A DNA stretch of 63,999 nt, the filler included, from Gonapodya sp. JEL0774 (taxonomy: Eukaryota), in assembly GCA_027604505.1 (NCBI GenBank). It is 6 parts of 6 records of this genome, joined end to end, with 100 filler letters (N's around TTAATTAATTAA, not from the genome) between each part and the next. Parts side by side here need not be neighbours in the genome. Positions count along the whole stretch, not along the records: positions 1 to 11,050 come from JADIIX010000366.1; positions 11,151 to 22,199 come from JADIIX010000367.1; 4 more parts are not named here. One strand, 5' to 3'. Below, one piece after another: positions 1 through 11,826 of this stretch. The translations under genes and the position numbers were made by a program. Below the pieces are notes generated by a model. The model had not been told where the DNA came from and made no database searches. It worked only from the letters and a program-made list of their open reading frames with translations. Position 1 is the first letter of the stretch. The number at the start of each line of letters is the position of its first letter.

Positions 1-3000
1 GCTTCCACGATCTTCCTAGGCGACGAGGCTGTAAATCACAAGTATCACTCACGCTATCCCTCCAAACTGCACGATGAGCACCTGGAGCAACACCACTGAG
101 GGAAGGATGACCATCATGTAGTAATTCGTGTGAATATTGGAGAATACGTTGATGTTGTTGTCCTTCCGGCGGGCGCTGGGGAAAACGTGAACAGTAGGTG
201 AGAAAACTGGGCGGGCACGACCCGGCTGGGGTTGTGCGAACGCTCAACTCACTTGATCATGTTGAACACCTGCATGAACACGAAAGTGTTGAAGACGGTC
301 GCTCTCAATTGTGTACTTTCGTCTTTGAGGGCGCTGGAAGCAGAACAAGCGGTGGGGACTCGATGAGGGGATATCCGAGGCAAGATGAAACCGCAAGCAA
401 TCACTCACTCTCGCCACAACTGTCCTTGAAGCGGCCAATTCGCGGGTGGAGAAACGTTTCTAAGATCTGCGGTGAGACCGCCCGCAGCGAGGAGATTTTG
501 GTATCTGATTTGGCAAGGCGGGGAGGGGCGGCGTAAGTGAACAAGAATTTCGGGCATGATCCACCAACAAAGCCACACTTACGAGAAGATTTGAGGTCCG
601 GCGTAAAGGATAACCATCGAGGCCACGACTTGGTAAAGTGCTTGGCCTGTAATGACGTCGTATGAGTCAGATAGCTGAGGCACCTGACTTCTTGAAACTG
701 CAAATGTGTGATTGAGTACCTACCAAGAATCATTTTCCACATAGTGATCGAGATCAGCGGGTCAGATTTCCTCTCGGGTGGTCGTTGCAAGAGGTCTGGT
801 GTGGGAGCCTCGGTGGCAAGTGCTTTGTACAGCAACCAAAAGAAATGGAATCATGTGTGAGATCCGGAGATCAAATACTCTAAACCCGGTAATCTTACCA
901 AGTGACGCTAAACTGTCCATGATGAGGTTGACCCAGAGCAATTGAGTGGCAGTCAGAGCCGATGATTCCGATCCATCGCTCATTGCGGAGATGAAGGTTA
1001 CCAGTACAGCGGTGACTGGATACACCACGACACCGTCAAACGGGGAGTCGCGGAACTGCTTTTACGAAACGTTTTGCTCACCGTTCACTGTCAGTTGGAA
1101 CTGCAAAAACTTCTTCACGGCATCATTGACCGCGCGACCCCACTTTGGAGTATGAAGAGACGACTCCATGTGAGCTAACGAGCTGAAATGAAAAAAGCCC
1201 AGTGACAACTGACCATGATCGCTTTGACAATAGATGTGAAGTTATCGTCCATCAAAACGATGCTAAATATTTATGCGACGGTTCGTCAAAATCTCGTCAA
1301 GTTGGTGGCACCTCGCCGGAGAGGCTTACCTGCTGGCTTCTTTCGCCACTTCAGTTCCTGCAATACCCATGCTGAAACCAACGTCTGCGGCTTTGAGAGC
1401 AGGCCCATCGTTTGTACCTTTTCGGTAAACAAAGATCCATTTAGCCTATTGAACGCACCATAATGCACTTGATGACCCTCAACTCACCGTCACCAGTTAC
1501 TGCGACTGTCTCGCCGAGAGCTTTCAATCGAGTGACTAGAATCTGTTTGTCCAGCGGGGAACTTCTCGCGAGAACTCTCAAGGAAGGAATAATCTTGTCC
1601 ATCTCTGCTTGTGAGAGCACGCGGAAGTCGCTTCCTTCCATCGCCAGCCCACCGGGAGATAGAATACCGCACTTGTTTGCGATCGCCTTGGCGGTGACAA
1701 TGTTGTCACCGGTGACCATGCGAACTGTGACACCAGCATCTTTACAACTTTGCACGGCCTCGGGGACACCAGGGCGAAGAGGGTCTTCGATTCCAACGAC
1801 TCCGAGCAATGTGCAGTGCTTCTTAGCGAGGTTCTCGAAGCCAACGTCGGACCCAAGAGCGTCTTTCCTGAAGTCATCGTTTCCAGCAACTTGATCGGCT
1901 TCCTGTTTTGATTTGAAGACCGGGATGATGGTTCCAGATACAAGGACTTCGAACTCCTCCTCAGACAGGTCCCGGTACGCCATGCCGATCGTGCGAAGAC
2001 TCTGCTCGGCGTAGTTGTTGATGGTGGCATTGACCTGAGCAGATGCGGAGCTATCCAACGTGCTGATCGAGAAGGTCGAGGAAGCGCTGTCGAGTGTGGC
2101 GATCTTGTCGCAGAAGCTGAGCACGATCTCGGAAGCGCCTTTCACGTATACTCGATAGAAGGATTTACCGTCTGCTTTCCGATATGGGTGGAGACTGTTG
2201 TCGATCTTGATCGCTACAGCCATGCATTTCCGTTCGGATGAGAACGGGAAGTTGGCCACTGTCTTCAGGTGAGAGGCAGCGCGGGAACTCCTGTATGTGC
2301 CGGCGGGTGTAAATTTGGCGATCCAGTCCACGAGAGCAGTTTCTGTCTTGGAACCTTCACGACGAGATGAAACGTAAAATATGAGATGTAAAATGGTACG
2401 ATGGGACATATACGCAGAGTGTATACACGTACCAACGAACTCGAGCGCCCCAGTCTTTTCATTCTTGCCCTCGAACACCGTGGAATTGAGATTGACTCCT
2501 TCGACCAAGATTTGCATAAACGATTGCACAGAGAAACTGGATGCAGGGGAAGAGCTCGAAGCAGGTGTGGCGTCAATGGCTAGGCGAGCGATTTCCTCGT
2601 CGCCAGAGAAGGAAAGAGTTTGGCCGATGGTACCGGCTACAACCGTCATACGATTCTGAGTCTGTCACAAGAAACAAAGGTATGGATCAGCGATTGGCTA
2701 GGTTACAGTTCCGGATCGTCTCTGCGAACGACAAGACGCACCAAAGTTCCCGTCTTATCCGAGCACACAGTGGTGGCTCCACCCATGGTTTCACACGCGC
2801 TGAGGACACGGACGAGGTTGTTGTCTTTGAGCATTCTGGTTGTTCCGTAGGCTAGGGACAATGTTACGGCGAGAGGGAGGCCTTCGGGGACCGCTGAAGA
2901 GGTGACAGCGATCGCATACGGTGACAAGGTGAGTGCGAGGGAGTTGGTCCGAGAAGTAAATGTGACAAACTCACCTACTACGATGATGGTGATGGAGGTG

Positions 3001-4663
3001 ACGATGACGCTTACCAAACGGGCGACGGCTTCAGTGGCACACTGGGGGTGGGAGCGGTGAGGTCTGTTGTGTTCACATGCCCCACGAATCAAGCCCACGA
3101 CAGTGGGATCTCACCTCATCCACAGCACAATCCTGTCCGAACCCTTCCCGCGTCGCCACGGTGATGCAGTACTTGATGAAGAGGACCACGAAGATCAACA
3201 CGGCGATGGTGGCTCCGATCTTGGCGATGCGCTCGGCGAGGAGATCGAGCTTGACCTGAAGGGGGGTTTCTTCTTGTGGGGTGCGGAGACCTGAAGAGGG
3301 ACAATATAGACATTCAGTCGGTGTTGAAGGGGGACGAACAGGAACTGGACGTGACCACACACCCATCATCGTCCGTCCAAAGTAGCTGTTCGTGCCCACC
3401 GCACAAACCACGAATTTCCCCGTTCCCTCCAAAACTTTACTCCCGCTGAGCAAGAACGGGTCGACCTTTTTGGCACCACCTTGCGCGTTGAGCGCGGGTC
3501 CCAACACGACATCTTTCCTGACGGCGTCGGATTCACCCGTGGCGGCGGATTCGTCGCAGCGGATTTGGTCGCCCTGGATGAGTACACCGTCTGCGGGGGG
3601 TACGTCGCCCGGTTCGAGGAGGCAGATGTCCCCGACGACCAGATCGAAGACTGAGATGAGGACGGTTTCGCCGCCACGAATGACCTGCGAGACAAAGTAA
3701 CGAGATTGCCGCATAAGAAAATTAAAAGTGACATGCCGGTGCTAGTATAGTTGCATGAGCAATACCTTGATCTGTCGTTCGTCCTTCTTGTCGCTCAGTT
3801 TTCGGAACTGCTTTTCCTTTTGCCAATCGTTGATGGATCCAGTCAGAACGACGATGATCACCGCGATGATACTAGATCGTGGTCAGGAGATAGTCGTTAG
3901 CCGATGACATTACTTCAGGATATAATGATCCTTACATTGCGACTCCTTCAATCCAATGCGTTTTGGGCTCTCCATTGTCCTTGGCGGTGGGTCCAAAGTC
4001 CTGGAACAATCCGACTGCGAGTGAGACGATGGCGGCCACTGAGAGGAGAATCTATTTTGTGAGGGCCAAAGTAAGGACGCATTGGATCGAAACCGAAACG
4101 AAAACACAGGTGTTGGTTGGTAAAGATGATGTCGACGCGGATGAGTGATCTTTCCTCACCAGAATTTTGTCTTTGAAAGCTTCGAGCATGAGCACGAAGA
4201 TGGATTTGGGTTTTACACCCGGAAGCCGATTCTCTCCGAAGAGTTGTCTCCGTCGAGCGGGACTGAGGACCTGCGACACAGGCCAATCGCCAAGGATTAG
4301 AAACATCGGGCTTGTGTCAATGTCAAGAGGTTGTGGACCAACTGATTCGCCAAGCGACATCACTGCACTCACCGTCTCCCCCCGCTCCTCTACATCCTGC
4401 TCTCGTCCGACTCCCTCCCCAGTAGCATCATCCTCGCGATCTTCCCCGTCCAGTCCTCGCTCGGGATTCACTTGAAGCTCCTTGAGGAGCCCCTGCAATC
4501 CACCGAATCGTGAGAGGAGCAGGTCGACATTTTTGGGATCGAAGAGGCGTTCGAGGTCGGTGGATTCGACGGTGAAAGGGGAACTGGAGGTGGAGGATGG
4601 ATGGACGGGATCGGGATCGGTGGTGTTGTTTGGTTGGTGATTTGTAGGTTGTGGATGCGACAT
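1..4663 (-). CDS. PMC1: P-type IIB (PMCA/PMC1-like) Ca2+-transporting ATPase, multi-exon, 3' end outside window
   Basis: Exon translations show [66 protein letters not shown] and [14 protein letters not shown] introns of ~60-90 nt; ATG at 4663. Confidence 0.95.
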
Positions 4664-5432
4664 AATTGTTCAACGATGATTGCGATGGAGTATCGAATCC
4701 TTGATAAGAGCGCTTTTCTCACCTGGCGCGCAAATTACTCAGGGGACACCAAGGCGAAAACGATGTCCTGTCGTCATTTTTGCGTTGGTGGGATTCTGCA
4801 AGGGTCCATGGAACCCGTACCTGATCATGATTTGCGTCTGTCGGGTCCCCTGCTCAATCTCAGTCCATCGAAACTGCACAACGCGTGTACAATTCACAAC
4901 TGTTCAATCGGAAGACTGCAGAGGGCGATTGATTGCGTCCGGGGGTTGCAGTTGATGAAAGAAAACACGCTCACGTCAGTTGCCGGCCGAACGGACAAAG
5001 TGATTTGGTGTGGCAACTTAGCACGTTGAATCAGTCCAACTCAGCTCAGCATACTCAAGAAGAAGCCCAATTTATATTACGTTTGCGTCTGTCCCATTTC
5101 CATAGTCTTCCTGGGGCATAATATTGGTCGGCATCTGAGCAAGTATCCACTCGACCATTCGCTCGATCACTTTATGATAGCACGCACCCCTTGGCCCATG
5201 CTCGAACAGGTATGCATAGCTCTTCTAGTACCCTTTTGCTCGAGGGGTGAATGGCCACTTTGGCCACTTTTTGATCACTCTCTTGCGGGCCTACTTCCGT
5301 CTCATGGAACAAATATCCAGTTGGACGTTACAGCACGTTGCGCAATCCAACACACACTCCATTAGAAAGACTGATTCAGTTGGTTTATTTGGGTTTGAAC
5401 ATGTTGTGTTTTGGATTTTGTGCGCTGTTATT

Positions 5433-7761
5433 CACTGGGAATAACTGGGCCGTTACCATTGCAGGTAATTCATCGGTAATCTGCGGATTACCGTCCCGAT
5501 ACCCACCCTCGTACCATCCATCGGTAATCTGGCGACTTCGCAGGATGGTAACGGGGGGTGGGTATTCTAGGCAATATACCAAGTGGTAATATATTGTGAT
5601 TTTGATCGTCGTCCCAAAATGCCACGTTCGCGGTAATTTGAACTAAATTCTGCCGGAAATACCATTTCAGTACCATTTGTGGTAGAATTTGGTTTTCCAT
5701 TGCCCGGAAGCATTTTTATTATTCGTGGTAAACATCTATGTAGTACACAACGGCTCAACTAATATATGAAGAAAACCCACTCTGGCGGTAGAATACTCTG
5801 TTAAGCGAACAAATGATTCCAAAACAGCTATTCCTTGCCTGACTCACCTGCGTGCCCGATTCTGCCACCATGCCTCGACAGGCGCCGACCCTGAATATAC
5901 CCAACGCAATTGAGCGATGCTACGTTGCTTTAGTAGAGAGACAATTAAAGAATTGATCAATCTGAAGCAATATTGATTGACAACATCTCTCACCATGTAA
6001 ACTGCTGGTGGCATACAGTCATACTGGGCCTTTCGCGATCACAGTGTCGTCATTGGCAGTTCCCTGAGGGAGGGACAAAAGATGAAGATCTGAGTTTTAT
6101 CAACTCCGTCACAGTTTCATAAGTTGCTGTGCTTACCGTCAGTTCACGTCACACGGTCTCCAGAGTTGCATCGCAGAATGAACGCACTGTAGTGTGAGAT
6201 ATGGCAGCAATGGGGTATGAAAGGAGTTACAAAATATACTGAGCGTCAGGTATATGAGAGTCCAATCACTATTGGTCACCCACCAATCTTTACAAACGCG
6301 ATGCCCAACGAACTCAGTAGAAAGTCTTTCGGTAAAGGACGGTGATTAGAGCAGTACACACCCTTGAAAGAAGAGAGAAGCACATCATCATGAGAGACCG
6401 CTTACCCAACCCAGGTGACATTTGTTCCCCACGAAGTTCCGGCGCAGGACTGTTGAATTGAGAAAAGACAAATGGAAGAGCGTCAATGTAACAGAACCGA
6501 GGACCTATCTTCCACGCTACAACAACCTACTTTGAGCGGAAATGCTATGAGTTTGCTCAGATGTGGTGTTCAGATGAGAATATGCCAGTAATCAAAATGA
6601 TATGGAGGAACGGGAAAGGAACAAGGAACACCATCCCTCATCACAAGAGACCTACCTATGCAGTCAAACGCAATGTGATCTCACTCAAAACGAATGCAAG
6701 AGCGCGCTTCAGCCCGTTCGCTGGTCGCGGAGATCCTGGTGATCGAGACAATGCGAATCGGGTGGCAGTTGCCAACGAGCAGCCGCAGTCGCTCACCTTG
6801 CTCTGCGAGTCCAAGCATCATTTGTTTCATTGCCCATGTAGCGTCTTTGCCAGAGAATCAGAGATGTTGAATGATGGAAGTCGTGGGTCAAATATGAGTT
6901 GTGTGAAAATTTCTTCACAGGACAAAATCTGCACATCCGTACTGAGAATTTCTACATGCTGAGGCCATGCAAATTTCTTCACATGGACGAATATTTTTAC
7001 ATGCTGAGGCCATGCAAATTTCTTCACATTGGTATCAAGCTTATAATGTCACCGCATCGGGGGTACTGCAATGGCTATTCGGCTTTGCTTGCGCCTTGAG
7101 AGCATTCCCTTCACATTTACCATTCACCAGTTGGATAAAGTGGCACAGCCGTCCCATCTCTTGTGGGCCGACCCCATCATCGGATTGCGTCGTGATGACT
7201 TGATGCGCTGGAAACCTCTTGCAAGGGAACAGAGCAGTCTACTGGCATCAGATTCATCTGATATGCGACTGGTAAGTTCTCATTGCTCTTCCGTCATGGT
7301 GTTGTGTAAGGTTGCCCGGTGGACAAACTTGCGGTGTGCGTGCGCCGCGGTGCATGGCAGACAGGGTGGATACTGTGCTACCCACTGGATTCGGGTGAGC
7401 AAATGGTGAAAGATGTTTTTGCTATCACCATCACTAATTCCCATAGCCGATGGAAAATGGAATAGGAATGGGAGTGGTTATTGTGCGACTTCATCACCAC
7501 ACAGGACGGTGCATGGTAAAGCGATAGGGATCAAGCAGGGTAATTACGATTTTACCATTCATATTACCCAGTGGTAAAAAAAACGAATGGTAATTCGAAG
7601 TTTACCCATCTATAAATACACCAAGTGGTATTTTGGGGGTGGTTTCGCATGGGTAAACACAGATTCCCATGGGGTAATTACATCAGAAACCATCCGTGGT
7701 GTATTTTACAATGGTAACAGGTCGGTAACGCGACATGGGAACAACTAGATTTTTTCCAGTG
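5433..7761. mobile_element. Non-autonomous CACTA/CMC-type DNA transposon with CACTG termini (2329 bp)
   Basis: Begins CACTGG (5433), ends CCAGTG (7761); ATT on both sides (5430-5432, 7762-7764) fits a 3-bp TSD; dense GGTAA/TTACC/TGGTA subterminal motifs at ~5450-5730 and ~7510-7730; no intact transposase ORF. Confidence 0.8.
6953..7029 (+). repeat. Direct repeat, 32-bp identical unit, 45-bp period, inside the CACTG element
   Basis: TACATGCTGAGGCCATGCAAATTTCTTCACAT at 6953 and 6998; partial AAATTTCTTCACA at 6907. Confidence 0.9.
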
Positions 7762-7772
7762 ATTCCGCTACT

Positions 7773-8741
7773 TTAATTTGTCCCCCCGTTATCATCTGTC
7801 CCTGTGCTCTGTCGCCGATAAGCTCGAATATACTTTAAAACGTCCTCATGTCCATTCTTCTCTGCATCTTTAAATGCACCCCTCTTGTGTGGTGAGTTTG
7901 CTTTGGAATCAGCACCGTTCTTCAGCAGAAACTTCACCATCTCAAGTCCACCTCGACGGACCGCATACCAAAGGGCAGAATTGTTGCGCTGGCTGACATC
8001 TGCCCCATGGTCCACCAGAAGTTTCACAATGTCCAGGTGCCCTTGCTGGGCTGCCAAGATCAGTGCCGTCACTGACAGCCCGCCTAGTGCCCCAACATTT
8101 GGATCTGCACCATGGTTCAGAAGCAGTTGCACGTGATCAACTTTTCCCATGCTTGAGCATAGGCTGAGCAGAGGGCCATGGGATTTTTCAGAGTGCCCAC
8201 CCTTCTCCAGGAGCAGTCTTACCACCTCTAGACTCTCACCGGCACAAGCCAGGACCAGGGGATGTCCCAGGCGCCATCCTTCGCCCTGAGGGTTCGCACC
8301 CAATTCCAGCAGAGCGAGAACACTCTGGACGTTGCCAACAGATACTGCAGCCATGAGAGGAGTCATGGTCGCCTTAACTCTTTGGGGATCCCCGAAACTG
8401 ACCACCATGGTCTGGTACTGAAGTGCTCCCCTGAGGATATTGTCGTCTGCCGGCATTTCTAAATTGAGATCTGGGTGCCGTCGCAAGAGACGCTCGTGTA
8501 CCGCCTTGATGACCCGATGTTGACCAGGCTCGGTCCTCGCTGACTCCCACAGCAGCGTCCTTGCCGGAGTCGTAAAGTGGGCTATGGCGCGCGCCGCGAT
8601 GCTTTGAGGAGTCCTGAAAATCTCGGCCAGAGACCTGTTCAGGGCACCTGTTGGCAATCCGAGACGGAACGGCAGATAGTCGCCTAGGTGGAGGATGGTT
8701 TCGGTCGGGAGGTCGGTGAGGTTGGGCGGGGGAGATGACAT
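7773..8741 (-). CDS. F-box-like / ankyrin-repeat protein (paralog 1), single exon, 322 aa
   Basis: N-terminal LTDLPTETILHLGDYLP (F-box-like); about five ankyrin repeats (TPLMAAV, HPLVLAC, TALILAAQQGHLDIVKLLVDHGADV, SALWYAV). Confidence 0.88.
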   Translation of the reverse strand: MSSPPPNLTDLPTETILHLGDYLPFRLGLPTGALNRSLAEIFRTPQSIAARAIAHFTTPARTLLWESARTEPGQHRVIKAVHERLLRRHPDLNLEMPADDNILRGALQYQTMVVSFGDPQRVKATMTPLMAAVSVGNVQSVLALLELGANPQGEGWRLGHPLVLACAGESLEVVRLLLEKGGHSEKSHGPLLSLCSSMGKVDHVQLLLNHGADPNVGALGGLSVTALILAAQQGHLDIVKLLVDHGADVSQRNNSALWYAVRRGGLEMVKFLLKNGADSKANSPHKRGAFKDAEKNGHEDVLKYIRAYRRQSTGTDDNGGTN

Positions 8742-9408
8742 TTTCGATGAAGTCCGACTGGAGTGATTGCGTTTTTAAAAGCGAGGGTGTGGCTACAGGC
8801 CAGATTTGAAAGTTGCGGCAGCTGTAGGAAGTGGTGATGGTAACTGGTGAATGACATATTTAGTTTGTACCACTGGTGGTATGTAACCCCTTGACGTAAG
8901 GCGCGGGGACTGGACAGCGAGGTGAGAATCCAAAATTGACGTAGAAACGGGACATGCTTTGGGGAGTAGTGTTGTGCACTTATTGGTCTGTTACGTGCGA
9001 ATGAAGAGATACTTTCAATGCACTCGACCAGGATACATGATTTGAAAAGAAAAAAGGCCATTCAACAGGCAATAGATACCAGGCCACCCTCAGCATCCAC
9101 TTCTGCTCTTGTGCTCGCGTGGTGAATGCTCAGTGGCGCACCTGTGATTCAATGACTTTCTTGGGTGCCCAATTCCGTCTCCGTGAACAAATATCCCGTT
9201 GAACGTTACAGCACCACATTCATGCGCAGTCCAGCACTCAGTCAGAGCGTTCAATTCAGTTCGGTGTGTTCTGGTGGGCACATGTTTGAATACCAAGGAC
9301 GTGGGGACCCCCAACCAAAGCCGTTGCTCTAGCGCATGATGATTCTGTTAGCCCAGTTCATAGCTACTGCATAAACGGAAAGTTTATTGGTGGCTCTCAT
9401 GTGCCCCG

Positions 9409-10365
9409 TTAGTCCATTACTTTGTCCCTCGCTTTACCGTCCGTCCCTACGGTCCGCCGACGATGCGCTTGGATGTACTTTACAACGTCCCCATGTCCGT
9501 TCATCTCCGCATCTTTAAATGCGCCTCGCTTGAGCGGTGAGTTTGCTTTGGAATCAGCACCGTTCTCCAGCAGAAACTTCACCATCTCGAGCCCCCCTCC
9601 TCGGACCGCAAACCAAAGGGCAGAATTGCTGTACTGGTTAACATCTGCTCCATGATCCACCAGAAGTTTCGTAATGTGTACGTGCCCATGCCGGACTGCC
9701 AAGGTCAATGCTGGCCCGCTCGACCCAAAATTTGGATCCGCACCATGGTCCAAAAGCAGTTGCACAAGCTCAACTTTTCCGCCGCTTGAGGAGATGGCAA
9801 GTGGCTTGCCATCGGGTTTGTTAGAGTCTGCACCTTTCTCCAGGAGCAGTCTCGCCACCTCCAGATTCTGCCCTCCACAGGCCAGGAACAGGGGAAGACC
9901 TCCTTTGCCCTGAGGGTTCGCACCCAATTCCAACAGAGCGAGAATACTCTGGATGTTACCAACAGTTACTGCAGCCATCAGAGGGATCATGGTGGGCCTC
10001 ACTCTTCGTGGATCCACGAAACTATTCATCCTGTGGTAATCAACTTCTCCCCTGACCACGTTGTCGTCTCCCGGCTTTTCCAAATCCAGATCTTGATGAC
10101 GTCGCAAGAGACGTTCGTGGATCGCCTTGATGACCCGGTGTTGACCAGGTTCGGTCCTCGCAGACTCCCACAGCAGCGTCTTTGCCGGAGTTCTAAAGTG
10201 GGCTATGGCACGCGCTGCGATGCTTTGAGGAGCCCTGAAAATATCGGCCAGAGACTTGCACAGGGCACCCGTCGGCAATCCGAGACGGAACGGCAGATGG
10301 TCACCGACGAGGAGGATGGTCTCGGTCGGGAGGTCGGTGAGGTTGGGCGGGACGTGGGACGGCAT
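9409..10365 (-). CDS. F-box-like / ankyrin-repeat protein (paralog 2), single exon, 318 aa
   Basis: Co-linear and highly similar to 7773-8741, with the same LTDLPTETIL start and ankyrin repeats. Confidence 0.88.
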   Translation of the reverse strand: MPSHVPPNLTDLPTETILLVGDHLPFRLGLPTGALCKSLADIFRAPQSIAARAIAHFRTPAKTLLWESARTEPGQHRVIKAIHERLLRRHQDLDLEKPGDDNVVRGEVDYHRMNSFVDPRRVRPTMIPLMAAVTVGNIQSILALLELGANPQGKGGLPLFLACGGQNLEVARLLLEKGADSNKPDGKPLAISSSGGKVELVQLLLDHGADPNFGSSGPALTLAVRHGHVHITKLLVDHGADVNQYSNSALWFAVRGGGLEMVKFLLENGADSKANSPLKRGAFKDAEMNGHGDVVKYIQAHRRRTVGTDGKARDKVMD

Positions 10366-11050
10366 GTTTTGTTCGAGCGGATATTTACAGCTTCTTCAGT
10401 GAGCGAAGCGAGGGAGGGCGGAGGGCCGGAGCTTTTCGTTTGTGGGGTTCGAGTTTGGTGTAATCTAGAAGGGCTGTGCACTACGAAAGACCTGCCATTT
10501 GTTATGGATACACACAGATGTCGTACAAACGTTCCATCCAATGTGCTCTTATAACGTTAAGAAGGTATTTTGTTCTTGCCTCCCCTATCTTCCCCTTTCG
10601 GATAGTTCGCGCCGTCAGCGTTCGCCCTTTGTGTGCCCACTCGTGCCCGCTGCCTACGGGGTGCAACCCAGTACTTCTGGCCCCCCTCGCCTGCCCTCAC
10701 CGTCCGTGTGAACGTACCTTTGCATGCGTACACTGGAAGGTCGTAGGTCAGTGGACTGCAGCACGTACACGAATGAAGGGACACGTACTCTATCACGACG
10801 TGCACCATGCAGAGACGGCTGGAGGTGAAAGGGCGTGTTCGAGGCATCGTGTGTGAGCCGACCCACACGGAACGAGGATCGAGGGGACGTCGACGCTCGG
10901 GCGGACTCATACTTACTTTGCGACTGTCGCGTCTCCGTGTTTTGTGCATTATAATACGAACGGCACACCGTCTCCACAAACAAAACCACCGCACATACAT
11001 ATCTCTTTATTCGTTTTTGTACACACTAGTGCCAACACTGCAATTCGACA

Positions 11051-11150
11051 NNNNNNNNNNNNNNNNNNNNNNNNNNNNNNNNNNNNNNNNNNNNTTAATT
11101 AATTAANNNNNNNNNNNNNNNNNNNNNNNNNNNNNNNNNNNNNNNNNNNN
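11051..11150. other. Artificial scaffold-joining spacer (44 N + TTAATTAATTAA + 44 N)
   Basis: Identical 100-nt spacers also at 22200-22299, 33319-33418, 44437-44536 and 55498-55597; the linker puts stops in all six frames. Confidence 0.97.
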
Positions 11151-11399
11151 CCCCTGTTCACCTCCACTCGTCACCCCTGGTCGCGGCACCCATTCCTTGG
11201 ATAGACATGATATCTATTAGTATATAGATACGTATAGAGTAGTTTTTAGATTTTTCTAGTGATCTTCATTGTGCCGGTGGCTGGGCTGTGACCGCTCAGT
11301 GACGCACCGTACTTGAGTTGAGATATACATAGTTACATACATTGAGTTTCGGGACAGAAACCCACCGGTTCCGCCGCGAACCACAACACTGCAGCAATC

Positions 11400-11705
11400 C
11401 AATCAGAGAACCCCAGTAGTCCATATTTTGTGGTTGTGTTGATGATTTTACGTCTTCATTTCGCGGAGAAAAGCATGAGCTTGCATTTGTCCAATGGCTG
11501 CTGCAGGTTGGCGATGAATCTGACATCGGGACTCTGGAGAGTTCGAACCTGGCACCCAAAGTATACCTCGGTCATCTCAACACAATCAATTACAGGGGCC
11601 AATTCACATTATTCCCAACTTCAAGGCTGGAAAGCAGAGAAGTACAATGATTTGAAGGAGTACTATGTCAACAAATTTGTTAATCGGTCAACTTTCTTTT
11701 GGTTC
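11400..11705 (+). pseudogene. Frameshifted C-terminal relic of a fungal Plavaka/CMC-like transposase
   Basis: Across shifted frames: HELAFVQW..GDESD / SGLWRVR..SVISTQSI / IHIIPNF / YYVNKFVN, which resembles the C-terminal pattern I recall for Plavaka-type transposases. Confidence 0.5.
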
Positions 11706-11826
11706 CAGAAGTTGGAGAAGCCACAAAAATCCAAGTGACAGTGTAGAGAGCGCTCCTAATTTTTGAACAAATCACAACTCAACCAAATTGCGTAATTCAC
11801 CGATTCATGTCCAAAGGACGAGCAAG

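Noticed and set aside
10560..11050. Possible LTR or TE end at the scaffold edge
   Set aside because: No second copy, TIR or TSD in the window.
11095..11106. TTAATTAATTAA as a biological motif
   Set aside because: Six-frame stop linker embedded in N runs; an assembly artefact.
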